Shown: positions 30,954-40,231 of the stretch, in pieces | Layout of the letters: each line of letters opens with the position of its first letter | Numbering within the stretch: position 1 is the first letter of the stretch | From: a virus | Lineage: Duplodnaviria > Heunggongvirae > Uroviricota > Caudoviricetes | IMG/VR virus record: IMGVR_UViG_3300028591_000077 | Direction: 5' to 3' (one strand) | DNA length: 64,000 nt | The notes under the pieces: generated by a model | What the model was told of the DNA's origin: nothing | Seen by the model: the letters and a program-made list of their open reading frames with translations, nothing else | Database searches by the model: none | Program-made: the position numbers and the translations under genes

Positions 30954-31127
30954 ATGAGAGACCCAGCAAGAATTGAAAAAGTATTAAAAAGATTAGAAGA
31001 AGTTTGGAAGAAATATCCAGATATGCGTTTAGCACAATTACTTGGAAATATCTTTGATCATCTACCTTATTATATGGAAGATGAAGAGTTTATAAAGGTA
31101 ATTGAATCTTATTATTCTAACCTATAA
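30954..31127 (+). CDS. small hypothetical protein (57 aa)
   Basis: RBS aaatggagg + ATG. Confidence 0.4.
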   Translation: MRDPARIEKVLKRLEEVWKKYPDMRLAQLLGNIFDHLPYYMEDEEFIKVIESYYSNL

Positions 31128-31282
31128 TTTTTAAGAACAGAGCGTAAACTCTGTTTTATTTTTTGCAAAATTTTTGAAAACAGCGCAAAACTATCGTATA
31201 ATATTATAGAATTGTGCAATAAATATATAAAAAAGTTATAAGCACATTAAAATTTAAACTACATATGAAAGGAGTAAAAATT

Positions 31283-32782
31283 ATGTGGTGGATTTGGGTA
31301 ATTGTAGGCGTTGTTGCCGCTTTATTGATTGCTGCATTTATCGCAGCTGCTTACACAAAAGCTGGACCAGATGAAGCGATTCTCATCTCTGGCGCCGGTA
31401 AAAGAAAAATCTTACGTGGAAAGGCTGGTTGGAGAATTCCATTCTTACAAAGAAAAGATAGACTTTCTCTTAAAGCATTCCAAGTAGATATTAAAACTAG
31501 AGAATCAATTCCAACGACCGAATTTATCAACATCATGGTTGACGGTGTTGCAAACTTGAAGATTTCAAGTGATCCAACCCTCTTAGAAAGAGCTTTTGAA
31601 ACCATTCTTGGTATGGGTGAAGATGACCTTATTGAACAAGTTAAGCAAGTTCTTGAAGGTAATATGCGTGAAATCATTGGTACTGTTGGCATTAGACAGT
31701 TAGTTCAAGACCGTAAAGGTGTCGCGGAAGCCGTTAAAGAAAACGTTATTCCAGACATGGAAAAACTTGGATTAGAATTAGTCAACTTCAATATTCAAAA
31801 CTTCTCTGATGACAATAGCGTTATTATTAACTTAGGTATTGATAACGTTGCGCAAATTAAGAAAGATGCATCTATTGCGAAAGCCGTTGCTGAACGTGAC
31901 GTCGCTATCGCTACTGCCGCCGCTGAAGAAGCTGCCAATAAAGCAAAAGTTGAAGCTAACGCTAAAATCCTTCAACAAAACACTGATTTCAGCTTAAAGC
32001 AATCTGAATTAAAACAAGCTACCGATACTGCTAAAGCTCAAGCCGATGCTGCTTATGCGATTGAGGAACAAAAGAGAGCTAGACAAATCAATGAAGCTAA
32101 AGTCGATGCTGAAATCGCCAAGAGAACACGTGAAGTCGAACTTGGAGAACGCGAAGTCGAATTAACAGAAAGAAAACTTACAGCTGAAATTAACAAGAAA
32201 GCTGAAGCTGAAAAATTCGCTGCACAACAAGCCGCTGACGCAGAACTTTACAAGAGAACTAAAGCTGCTGAAGCTCAATTAGCCGAAGCTCAACGTCAAG
32301 CTGAAATGAAGAAAATTGCTGCTGAAGCTGAAAAGATCGCAAAACAAAATGCTGCTGAGGCATTAAAGATTGAAGCTGAAGCCAAGAAGACTGCTGCTAT
32401 CGCAGAAGCTGCTGGTATTGAAGCCAAAGGCGCTGCTGAAGCTGAAGCCATCTTAAAGAAAGCAGAAGCTATGAAACAATATGGCGAAGCTGCTACATTA
32501 CAACTTATCTTAGATAGTGGTGTGTTACCAGAAATCGTCAGAGCTTATGCTGAACCTCAAGCCGCTGCTCTTGGTAAGATTGATTCTATTACAATGTATG
32601 GCGAAGGCAATACTGCTAAACTTACAGAAGAAATCTCTAAGAATGGTATGCAAATCTTCAATGGTCTTGAAAAAGCAACTGGTCTTGACATCAAGTCCTT
32701 GCTTGCTGGGTTCTTAGGTGGCAAGCTTGTCTCTGCTCCTAAGACCGAAGTCACGGAAGTTGCTGATAAACCAAAGAAATAA
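31283..32782 (+). CDS. flotillin-like SPFH/band-7 membrane protein
   Basis: N-terminal TM helix, SPFH core, long Ala/Glu/Lys-rich coiled coil as in FloT/YqiK. Confidence 0.7.
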   Translation: MWWIWVIVGVVAALLIAAFIAAAYTKAGPDEAILISGAGKRKILRGKAGWRIPFLQRKDRLSLKAFQVDIKTRESIPTTEFINIMVDGVANLKISSDPTLLERAFETILGMGEDDLIEQVKQVLEGNMREIIGTVGIRQLVQDRKGVAEAVKENVIPDMEKLGLELVNFNIQNFSDDNSVIINLGIDNVAQIKKDASIAKAVAERDVAIATAAAEEAANKAKVEANAKILQQNTDFSLKQSELKQATDTAKAQADAAYAIEEQKRARQINEAKVDAEIAKRTREVELGEREVELTERKLTAEINKKAEAEKFAAQQAADAELYKRTKAAEAQLAEAQRQAEMKKIAAEAEKIAKQNAAEALKIEAEAKKTAAIAEAAGIEAKGAAEAEAILKKAEAMKQYGEAATLQLILDSGVLPEIVRAYAEPQAAALGKIDSITMYGEGNTAKLTEEISKNGMQIFNGLEKATGLDIKSLLAGFLGGKLVSAPKTEVTEVADKPKK

Positions 32783-32853
32783 TCAGCATTAAAAATTAAA
32801 CAAAATAACGCCCTATAAAGGCGTTATTTTTATTTCATATCGTATTATATATT

Positions 32854-33165
32854 ATGATATATAAACTTAGTGATGGAACCAATTTAGAATATGCTATTGT
32901 TGGAGATAATTGTAAAGTCTGCAATTCTTTTCTTATTATTAAAAAACATTTAAAGCTTGAGTTTATAAATTTTTTAAGAGAGACTTATTCATTATTTAAA
33001 CTAAGAGGCGTAAAGTCTTATTATCGTGAATGGAAAGCACATAATTTACTTTATAAATTGCATATTTTGCGTTGTAGTACACATGATACTGATTTATGTA
33101 TTCATGAATATAGATGACGTAGAGTTTGTTATTTTATCATATCATTGTTCCCAATAGATATTTAG
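32854..33165 (+). CDS. hypothetical protein (leaderless; extends through TGA at 33115)
   Basis: ATG immediately after cgtattatatatt -10. Confidence 0.3.
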
Positions 33166-33195
33166 CTTTATTTGGCTAAATTATATTGAGGACCT

Positions 33196-33435
33196 ATGAA
33201 CGGATTGTATAGCTATCACGACTATGAAGAGGCCTATTTTCATGGACGAGTATATGATTGTAAGAAGATAGGCTTATATCTCTTGGGCAAGCTTAAGGAT
33301 GATAGATCAAAGAAATTATATAAACAACTTGAATCTATTGAGTATGCCTGAAATTTGCCGCACAGAAAATTGGATAAGCTTGCAGAAACATTATTAAATG
33401 TTAAAATCTGACTTATGGTAAATCAAAATTATTAG
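33196..33435 (+). CDS. hypothetical protein (79 aa, two TGA-Trp codons)
   Basis: ORF missed by track because of TGA; TTGGCTAAATTAT motif upstream; terminator 33431-33458 downstream. Confidence 0.4.
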
Positions 33436-33479
33436 AGCTTTTAAAAGCTCTTTTTTATTTAAATACCGTATAATATAAT

Positions 33480-33932
33480 ATGAAGAAAACTTGTTATAAC
33501 TGTACATATTTTCATGGGTGCTTAAGTGAGGCGGAGCCTTCCCAGTATCATATTCATAACTATTGCGAAAAATTCAATAGGGTTTTAGACAAAGACCTTG
33601 AATCAGAAGTCAATAGTTTTTTAGAAGATAACTGGAATACGATGTGTAAAGCTTGCCCAGAAAATATTGGAGTTAGTGATGACTTTGAAACTGGTGAAGC
33701 ATGCTGCTGGATGTTTAGTGCAGCAGATAATGCTTTTTGGCCAGATGAAAAATACGAAGAAAATAAAAAGCATAATAGAGAATTAGCCATAAAAACTTTA
33801 GAGTATATGTTTAAAGAGCAAGAAGTTTATGATGAATTTGAAAATGCTTTTGTAGCACTTACTGATTATTACAGTGAAACAGAAATAAGTGGTCTTAAAG
33901 ACTTACTGACTAAACTAAAAGAGGAGAATTAA
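33480..33932 (+). CDS. hypothetical Cys-rich protein (150 aa), leaderless
   Basis: ATG directly after cgtataatataat. Confidence 0.5.
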   Translation: MKKTCYNCTYFHGCLSEAEPSQYHIHNYCEKFNRVLDKDLESEVNSFLEDNWNTMCKACPENIGVSDDFETGEACCWMFSAADNAFWPDEKYEENKKHNRELAIKTLEYMFKEQEVYDEFENAFVALTDYYSETEISGLKDLLTKLKEEN

Positions 33933-33934
33933 TA

Positions 33935-34453
33935 ATGGCAATTAAAATTATTAAACATGGTGCTAAAACATTTAAGGTTGTCTGCCCTGTTTGCGGTTGT
34001 GAATTCGAGTATGAGTATGAGGATTTAAAGAAAGAATATGGTTTTGTTAAATTCGTTCTTTGTCCAGATTGCGGAGAAATGATTCATCACAAAGAATATA
34101 AAGACTCTAACTTGCCAAAAAGCACAGACCCATATGAGCCTTTTATACCAAAAATTGATGAGCCTTGGAATCCAATTACAAAACCATACATAACTTGGGA
34201 GCATCCATATGTTGGCGGTTGGGATGGTGATCAACCATATGACTGCGAAAAATGCCCAAATAAACCAGATCCAAATAAAATCATAGCTGGCGATACCCCA
34301 TGCACATGGTGTCCAAAGAATCAGCCATATTGCACTGTGGGAAAAGATTTAAAAGACATCGCTATCAATGACCAAAAGTATGTTACAACAGCAACAAGCA
34401 CAGATGCTACTGCGCATTATTCAGTTGATTTAGGAGATAAGTCACATGACTAA
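33935..34453 (+). CDS. zinc-ribbon protein (172 aa)
   Basis: CPVCGC ... CPDCGE. Confidence 0.5.
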   Translation: MAIKIIKHGAKTFKVVCPVCGCEFEYEYEDLKKEYGFVKFVLCPDCGEMIHHKEYKDSNLPKSTDPYEPFIPKIDEPWNPITKPYITWEHPYVGGWDGDQPYDCEKCPNKPDPNKIIAGDTPCTWCPKNQPYCTVGKDLKDIAINDQKYVTTATSTDATAHYSVDLGDKSHD

Positions 34454-34781
34454 AGAAGAAATTGCCAATCAGCAAGATTTTGAGGCTTATGTTGCTGAAA
34501 AAGAAAAAGGATTCTGTGATTTAATCGATACCTGGATTAAAGATGGTCCGACATACAAGAGGGAAAGGCTTACTGAATTAGCAGACAGATTAAAGAAGTC
34601 TGAAGCCATTAATCAATCAGAATATGACTTATTGATGGAGTGCATTACATTTGTGCCAAAAGCCGGTGATGGTGCGCTAAATCTATCGTTTAGTTTAGCA
34701 CCTGCTGCAGAAGATCCAGAATACAAAGGCTATGTTGCAAAAGTGATGGCTATGATGTCATTTCTTGGGCATGTAGAATAA
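34446..34781 (+). CDS. hypothetical protein (111 aa)
   Basis: ORF. Confidence 0.5.
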   Translation: MTKEEIANQQDFEAYVAEKEKGFCDLIDTWIKDGPTYKRERLTELADRLKKSEAINQSEYDLLMECITFVPKAGDGALNLSFSLAPAAEDPEYKGYVAKVMAMMSFLGHVE

Positions 34782-34810
34782 AATAATAAAAGAAAGGAAT
34801 ACATCACACA

Positions 34811-34966
34811 ATGGAATTAATTCTTAAAGCATTGGATGGTCATATCAGAGTCAATGAAACTCTCGGCACCGTCGAAGTATTTGATGAATACGGAACAAAG
34901 ATGGTTCTTCGTGACCTTGATGAAGCTACATTAGCTGAATTCAAAAAGCACTATCCTGTTTTCTAA
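34811..34966 (+). CDS. small hypothetical protein (51 aa)
   Basis: RBS aaggaat + ATG; terminator follows. Confidence 0.3.
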   Translation: MELILKALDGHIRVNETLGTVEVFDEYGTKMVLRDLDEATLAEFKKHYPVF

Positions 34967-35037
34967 TCAAAGCATGAATATTAAAAAGTCCTCTTAAAGA
35001 GGTCTTTTTTATTGTATAATATAATAGAGGATTATTT

Positions 35038-35235
35038 ATGAACAATAAATGCATTTCTGGAAACGTTATTATAGAAAATAAGACCGTTTATATTCATGGC
35101 GAGAAATTGCCAGAGTGTCCAGCAAAAGGAAATAGTATAACAGTCATAAATGACAAAGTATTCATAGATGGCTATGAATTTAAAAAAGGAAAGTGGAGAA
35201 AGACATTTAGAGCTTGGTTCCATAAATATTTTTAA
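35038..35235 (+). CDS. hypothetical protein (65 aa)
   Basis: ORF after ttgtataatat promoter. Confidence 0.45.
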   Translation: MNNKCISGNVIIENKTVYIHGEKLPECPAKGNSITVINDKVFIDGYEFKKGKWRKTFRAWFHKYF

Positions 35236-35246
35236 GGAGAAAAGAT

Positions 35247-36197
35247 ATGATTAATGATAAATTAGGTGATAGAATGAAAAGATATGAAGCCGTTACCAAA
35301 ACTACCCTAACTAGTAGAATGCCGGTTATTATCAGATTAGATGGCTGTCATTTCCATACGTTCTGTAAGGGATTTAAAAAGCCTTTTGACCCTCTTATGT
35401 CTAAGACTATGCAAGCTACTATGAAGTATCTTTGTGAGAATATTCAAGGCTGTGTTTTAGGTTATACACAAAGCGATGAAATCACTCTTGTTTTAATTGA
35501 CTATAGAAAGCATAATTCATCTGCTTGGTTCGATAATGAGGTTCTTAAAATCACTTCTGTTTCTGCAGCACTTGCGACTTATGCATTCAATAAGTATTTC
35601 AATGAATTCTATCTTGAACAGCTTGCTGAAAAAGGCGAAGCAGACGAATATGATTTAGTCTATGATAGAAAGCGCAGACAAGGTGCTTATTTTGATGCAC
35701 GTCCGTTCAACGTCCCTCGTGAAGACGTTACTAACTGTATTCTTTGGAGACAGTTGGATGCCGAGCGTAATTCTATTAACTCTTTAGCTCAAAGTCTATT
35801 TAGTCACAAAGAACTTCAAGGTTTAAGCCTTAAAGACACTAAAGCTAAAATCGAGACTGAAAAAGGAATCATTTGGGGTGAATTGCCAACTACTCAAAAA
35901 CGTGGCTCATGCTGCGTTAAAGATTATTGGTATACTCTTGATGATGGCCAAATCGTTAAGAATGATTCGCATATCTGCTATAAAGACAAGACCGGTAGAT
36001 TCTACTTTGATAATGACGGATTCTACTTCTTTGCTACTGGTTTAAAGGATAATTTCAATTGTGCTTTCAGTGCGCAAGGCGTTAAGATGGATGTCAAAGA
36101 ACATTCAAGTTGGAGAATCGATGACAATATTCCGCGCTTTGTTGACGATGGTCGTGAATATATTGAAAAATTAATTTACCCAATTGATGAAGAATAA
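35247..36197 (+). CDS. Thg1-like protein (tRNA-His guanylyltransferase family, 3'-5' nucleotidyltransferase)
   Basis: GDRMKRYE, IIRLDGCHFHTF and GYTQSDEITLVL align with Thg1 motifs VVRLDGRNFHRF and AYGQSDEYSFVF. Confidence 0.8.
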   Translation: MINDKLGDRMKRYEAVTKTTLTSRMPVIIRLDGCHFHTFCKGFKKPFDPLMSKTMQATMKYLCENIQGCVLGYTQSDEITLVLIDYRKHNSSAWFDNEVLKITSVSAALATYAFNKYFNEFYLEQLAEKGEADEYDLVYDRKRRQGAYFDARPFNVPREDVTNCILWRQLDAERNSINSLAQSLFSHKELQGLSLKDTKAKIETEKGIIWGELPTTQKRGSCCVKDYWYTLDDGQIVKNDSHICYKDKTGRFYFDNDGFYFFATGLKDNFNCAFSAQGVKMDVKEHSSWRIDDNIPRFVDDGREYIEKLIYPIDEE

Positions 36198-36274
36198 AAA
36201 AATATCGCGTTTTTGCGCGGTATTTTTATTTTAAGCCGTATAATATTATATATTACTTTGGAGGTATACATCTC

Positions 36275-36805
36275 ATGAAAAACACATTAGTTGTTAATCT
36301 ACTCGGTGGTCCAGGAGTTGGAAAATCAACTCTTACCGCTGCTATTTTTGCAAAGTTGAAAGACTTAGACGTCGATTGTGAAATGGCTTCTGAGTTTGCG
36401 AAAGAGCTCGTCTGGGAGCAAAGAAATGAAACGTTCAAGGATGAACTATACATCTTTGCAAAACAAGCCCACAGGCTATTCAGATTGAACGGAAAGGTCG
36501 ATGTAGTCATCACTGACAGACCATTGATTCTTACTTGCTTCTATGCTAAGAATGATAAAGCATTAAGCAAATTCTGTTTAGACCGCTTCGAGCAATATAA
36601 TAACATGAATTATTTACTCATAAGAGAAAAAGCGTACAATACTAATGGTAGAAATCAAACAGAAGATGAAGCAAGATCCATTGACAGAGAGACTAAATAT
36701 CTGCTTGAAAGCTATGATATTCCTTATACGGAACTCCCTGGCAATATGGAAACTGCTGATATCATCGTTAAAGAAGTTTTAGAAAGGTTAAAGGAAATCA
36801 AATAA
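36275..36805 (+). CDS. P-loop kinase-like protein
   Basis: Walker A LGGPGVGKST; adjacent to Thg1-like and RNA ligase genes. Confidence 0.5.
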   Translation: MKNTLVVNLLGGPGVGKSTLTAAIFAKLKDLDVDCEMASEFAKELVWEQRNETFKDELYIFAKQAHRLFRLNGKVDVVITDRPLILTCFYAKNDKALSKFCLDRFEQYNNMNYLLIREKAYNTNGRNQTEDEARSIDRETKYLLESYDIPYTELPGNMETADIIVKEVLERLKEIK

Positions 36806-37992
36806 TGGCACAGGCAGATTATAAAGGTATTAAAATTTACGATAAAGTTATCATAGTTGAAAGAACATCCACGACTGATGGCGGATATAACTGGAGAGGT
36901 CGTACGGTCAATCAAGGATATGTTGTCGATGTTGGCAATAAGAAGATGCTAGAAAATGCCATGAATTGGGCTAGATGGACAAAGCATGATAACTCAATTT
37001 TAGGCGGTAAGTGGTATTGGCACAAAGAAGTCACAGACGCCATGCGAAAAGCGTATGATAATTCAGAAGAGACAGTTGAAGGCGTCGCTCATGAATACGA
37101 AAATGGTAATTTTAGCATTACGCTAGACGAAGCCGCCGGTGGATCTAGTCAAGGTGGTAAGCTATCTTTCTGGAACTGCATTATTACAGGCCCAGATGGC
37201 CACAATTTCTTAGTTGGAATCAATTCAGAACTATTATTGCATTTGATGATGTCAACTACTTTGGTCAAAGGAACTTGCCAAGAAAAGGTTTGGCTTGGTA
37301 GGGTTAAAGGAACCCAGGTTGGCGTATTTACTCCAGATATGGAAGACTTTGCGCAAGCTAAGAAAGATGAGGAAACAAGAAATCGCAAAAAGACTTCTAA
37401 CTATGAGCCAGGCGATATTGTTGAGACCGTAACCACAAAGGAATTATATTTAGGCGAAGTTTATTCTTATGCTAATAGATATGTGGAAAGTGGTAGATAT
37501 GGTTGGTACAATAGGCACAGTTATATTAAAGTTTATAAAAAGCCTAAGAAAATGTATGCGTATATCGATCTTAGCTACGAGTCAAGCGATGGTCATAGTA
37601 TTGAATTAAAGACTACTAAAACGGCTAGAACTGTTGTTGGTAAGAATGTTGAGCTTAAGGATAAAATGCTTGAACTTATTAAAAAATACCCAACAGAATA
37701 TATGAAGCTTAGAGCTTTAGCACATGACTACAAGCGTGACGGAGATACTTATCCATTCTCGCATTTCGTAGAGAACATGGCAATTAGGCTTTCAGATAGA
37801 TATAGTCAAGAAGAAATTAAAGCTGATATGCTACTTGCCATGAGCTATCAGCAAAGCGCAAATCCACAAGCGACCAATGATTGCTATAAAGAAGAAATTA
37901 GGCTTGAAGATAAGCCGGCTGAGGATGAAACCGTAGACAGATACAGCTACTTCCATTACTTCAGTAATTATTCAAAATACTATAAAAAATAG
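36805..37992 (+). CDS. hypothetical protein (395 aa)
   Basis: ORF between kinase and RNA ligase. Confidence 0.55.
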   Translation: MAQADYKGIKIYDKVIIVERTSTTDGGYNWRGRTVNQGYVVDVGNKKMLENAMNWARWTKHDNSILGGKWYWHKEVTDAMRKAYDNSEETVEGVAHEYENGNFSITLDEAAGGSSQGGKLSFWNCIITGPDGHNFLVGINSELLLHLMMSTTLVKGTCQEKVWLGRVKGTQVGVFTPDMEDFAQAKKDEETRNRKKTSNYEPGDIVETVTTKELYLGEVYSYANRYVESGRYGWYNRHSYIKVYKKPKKMYAYIDLSYESSDGHSIELKTTKTARTVVGKNVELKDKMLELIKKYPTEYMKLRALAHDYKRDGDTYPFSHFVENMAIRLSDRYSQEEIKADMLLAMSYQQSANPQATNDCYKEEIRLEDKPAEDETVDRYSYFHYFSNYSKYYKK

Positions 37993-38048
37993 TTTACAAA
38001 CCTCCGAATTTATCGTATAATATTATGGTAGATATCGGAGGTATTTTT

Positions 38049-38978
38049 ATGAATTACAAAGCATATCAACACATTGAAAAAATTGGAAGCGGAGAAGTCG
38101 AAGGAATTCTTAATGGAACCTGCTATCTTTTCTATAAGATTGACGGAACTAATTCTTGCATTTGGCTTAAGGATGATGGAACGTTAGGCTTTGGTTCTAG
38201 AAAAAGAGAGCTTACTACAGGCAAAGATGGCGATAACCAGGGATTTATGACTGCCATCACCACAAATGAGTCCTATAAGGCTGTTTTTGAAGATATTAAG
38301 GCATTTTTGATTAATAATCCTAATTGGATTCTTTATGGCGAATGGTTAGTTCCTGTCAATATCAAGAATTATAAGGATGATGCCTGGAGAAACTTCTACG
38401 TCTTTGATATTTATGATACTGTTGAAGACAAGTATCTCGATTTCGACCGATACAGCAAGCTTTTAGATAAGAAATATCCTAATATCAAATACATTCCTCT
38501 TTTGGCCAAACTTGAGAATCCGACTGAAGAAGATATCAAAGCTCTTCTCCCTAGAACTGGTGAATTCTTAATTAGCGAAGGCCTTGGTGAAGGTATTGTT
38601 ATCAAGAACTACGATTATGTTAATAAGTATGGCCGTAGAACTTGGGCTAAGATGCTTACTGAAGACTTCTTGTCAAAAAAGAAAGGTCTTCGCGAAGGTA
38701 AGAAAATTGCAGCCGAAGAAGGTACTTCTACTGAATATGAAATTGTTAAGCTTCTTACTGTTGAGCATATCGTCAAAGAGAAAACAAAGGTTATGGAAAG
38801 ACGCAATAGCCCAACTTTTGAAATGAACATGGTTGCAGAGCTTTTGAATCGTGTATTCGATGAGTTCTGGAGGGATAACTGGGAAATCATTCTCAAGAAA
38901 TTTCACAACCCAACCATTAACTTCAAGACTTTGAAAGCTCTTTGCAACAATAAAGTAAAGGAAACATTAGGTATTTAA
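38049..38978 (+). CDS. RNA ligase (Rnl2-like nucleotidyltransferase)
   Basis: motif I YKIDGTN (KxDG), motif IV EGIVIKN, motif V WAKM; start set at ATG after ggaggt RBS. Confidence 0.65.
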   Translation: MNYKAYQHIEKIGSGEVEGILNGTCYLFYKIDGTNSCIWLKDDGTLGFGSRKRELTTGKDGDNQGFMTAITTNESYKAVFEDIKAFLINNPNWILYGEWLVPVNIKNYKDDAWRNFYVFDIYDTVEDKYLDFDRYSKLLDKKYPNIKYIPLLAKLENPTEEDIKALLPRTGEFLISEGLGEGIVIKNYDYVNKYGRRTWAKMLTEDFLSKKKGLREGKKIAAEEGTSTEYEIVKLLTVEHIVKEKTKVMERRNSPTFEMNMVAELLNRVFDEFWRDNWEIILKKFHNPTINFKTLKALCNNKVKETLGI

Positions 38979-38979
38979 T

Positions 38980-39285
38980 ATGGATGAAAAAACAATTTTA
39001 TCAGAAATAGCTAGGATCCGTGAGCTTTTACAAAAAAGCGGTAGAACATTTTCTGATGCTTTATTAAAGACTGAAGAAGAACTAGGTGAGCTGATTTCAG
39101 CTCACTTTGGTTTACAGTCTTATAAAAAGAATACGCCAGAAGACTTACAAGAAGAAGTAGTTGACGTTTTACAATGTGCTATTTCTTTATATATTCTTGT
39201 TAATGAAAAATATCCATTTGATTTACTTGAAGTGCTAAAAGCAAAAAATGATAAATGGGAATCTAAATATACAGAGGTAAAGTAG
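38980..39285 (+). CDS. MazG-like nucleotide pyrophosphohydrolase
   Basis: EELGEL and EEVVDVL acidic helix pair typical of all-alpha NTP-PPase. Confidence 0.55.
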   Translation: MDEKTILSEIARIRELLQKSGRTFSDALLKTEEELGELISAHFGLQSYKKNTPEDLQEEVVDVLQCAISLYILVNEKYPFDLLEVLKAKNDKWESKYTEVK

Positions 39286-40175
39286 TGAGAATAATTAACG
39301 CTTTTACTATTCAAAGAATTGGTTTAGATGCCACATCTGGAATTTTAGATTGGCTACTTTCTCCTATTTATATGAAGCAAGCCAGACCAAATGATACTCT
39401 GGTTCTTTATACAAATAATGAAAGTGTAGAGTTATTAGGCGAACTTTGGCAGTATATTAAAAAGCATTATGATGAAGTTAATGTCACGCTTAAAAAGCCA
39501 ATGGGTGGCATATTCAGCATGCCAAAATTTGAAGCTATGGAAAATGAATTGAAAAACCATGGAACGGATTTCATTATGGTAGATAATGATCTTTATGCTT
39601 TTCCTGGTTTCTTAGTGACAGTGCCTGATTTTGGAATCTATTTTAAAGAGCCACATTTATTACCCTGGTATCGTGGCATCGTCGACGGGCACTATGATTT
39701 ATTAAACGCACCAAGTTGGGTTAAATGGAAATCTATTCCAGTTAATTGCGCAATTATTAGATTGAATAATGCAGAATTTTTGAAAGACTATTTTAAGTTG
39801 TTTTATAGAATTACTGCAACTAGACTTCCAAAAAAAATTCTCGAGGTTGCTGTTGTCAAAGAACAGTGGAGCTTAGCAGAGTTGTTTGCGAAGTATAAAA
39901 TAAATCCAGTGGAGATTGAAAAAGAATATACCTCATTTCATAAAGGCAGATTAAAAAATAAACTCAAACCATCACATGTAATTTGTTTACAGGAATATTT
40001 ATTATCCTGGTTAGATGCGCCGGCATTTAAAGCTTATAAACGAAGTAGCTATTATGATATAAATCTACCGCCGTATGATATTAATTGGTGCCTTGAACAG
40101 CTGGACCCACATGAAAAAGTTGGCCTTATGCATCCAATTAAAAAATTAATTAACAATAAAAATGGCATTGATTAG
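39285..40175 (+). CDS. hypothetical protein (296 aa), GTG start
   Basis: ORF; stop/start overlap TAGTG. Confidence 0.5.
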   Translation: MRIINAFTIQRIGLDATSGILDWLLSPIYMKQARPNDTLVLYTNNESVELLGELWQYIKKHYDEVNVTLKKPMGGIFSMPKFEAMENELKNHGTDFIMVDNDLYAFPGFLVTVPDFGIYFKEPHLLPWYRGIVDGHYDLLNAPSWVKWKSIPVNCAIIRLNNAEFLKDYFKLFYRITATRLPKKILEVAVVKEQWSLAELFAKYKINPVEIEKEYTSFHKGRLKNKLKPSHVICLQEYLLSWLDAPAFKAYKRSSYYDINLPPYDINWCLEQLDPHEKVGLMHPIKKLINNKNGID

Positions 40176-40231
40176 CAATGCCTTTTTATTATTTGCTAAA
40201 TTATTTAGAAATATTTTGGCAGGATAATCAT

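Noticed and set aside
19492-32754. Numerous 60-110 aa minus-strand or alternate-frame ORFs embedded in plus-strand genes (e.g. 19492-19719, 20727-20912, 25691-25909, 30426-30725, 31351-31692, 32557-32754)
   Set aside because: They fully overlap longer, motif-bearing plus-strand genes and lack promoters or RBSs; typical shadow ORFs.
38025-38048. Upstream ATG (38025) as the RNA ligase start
   Set aside because: It lies within the cgtataatat -10 element; the second ATG (38049) follows a ggaggt RBS at proper spacing.
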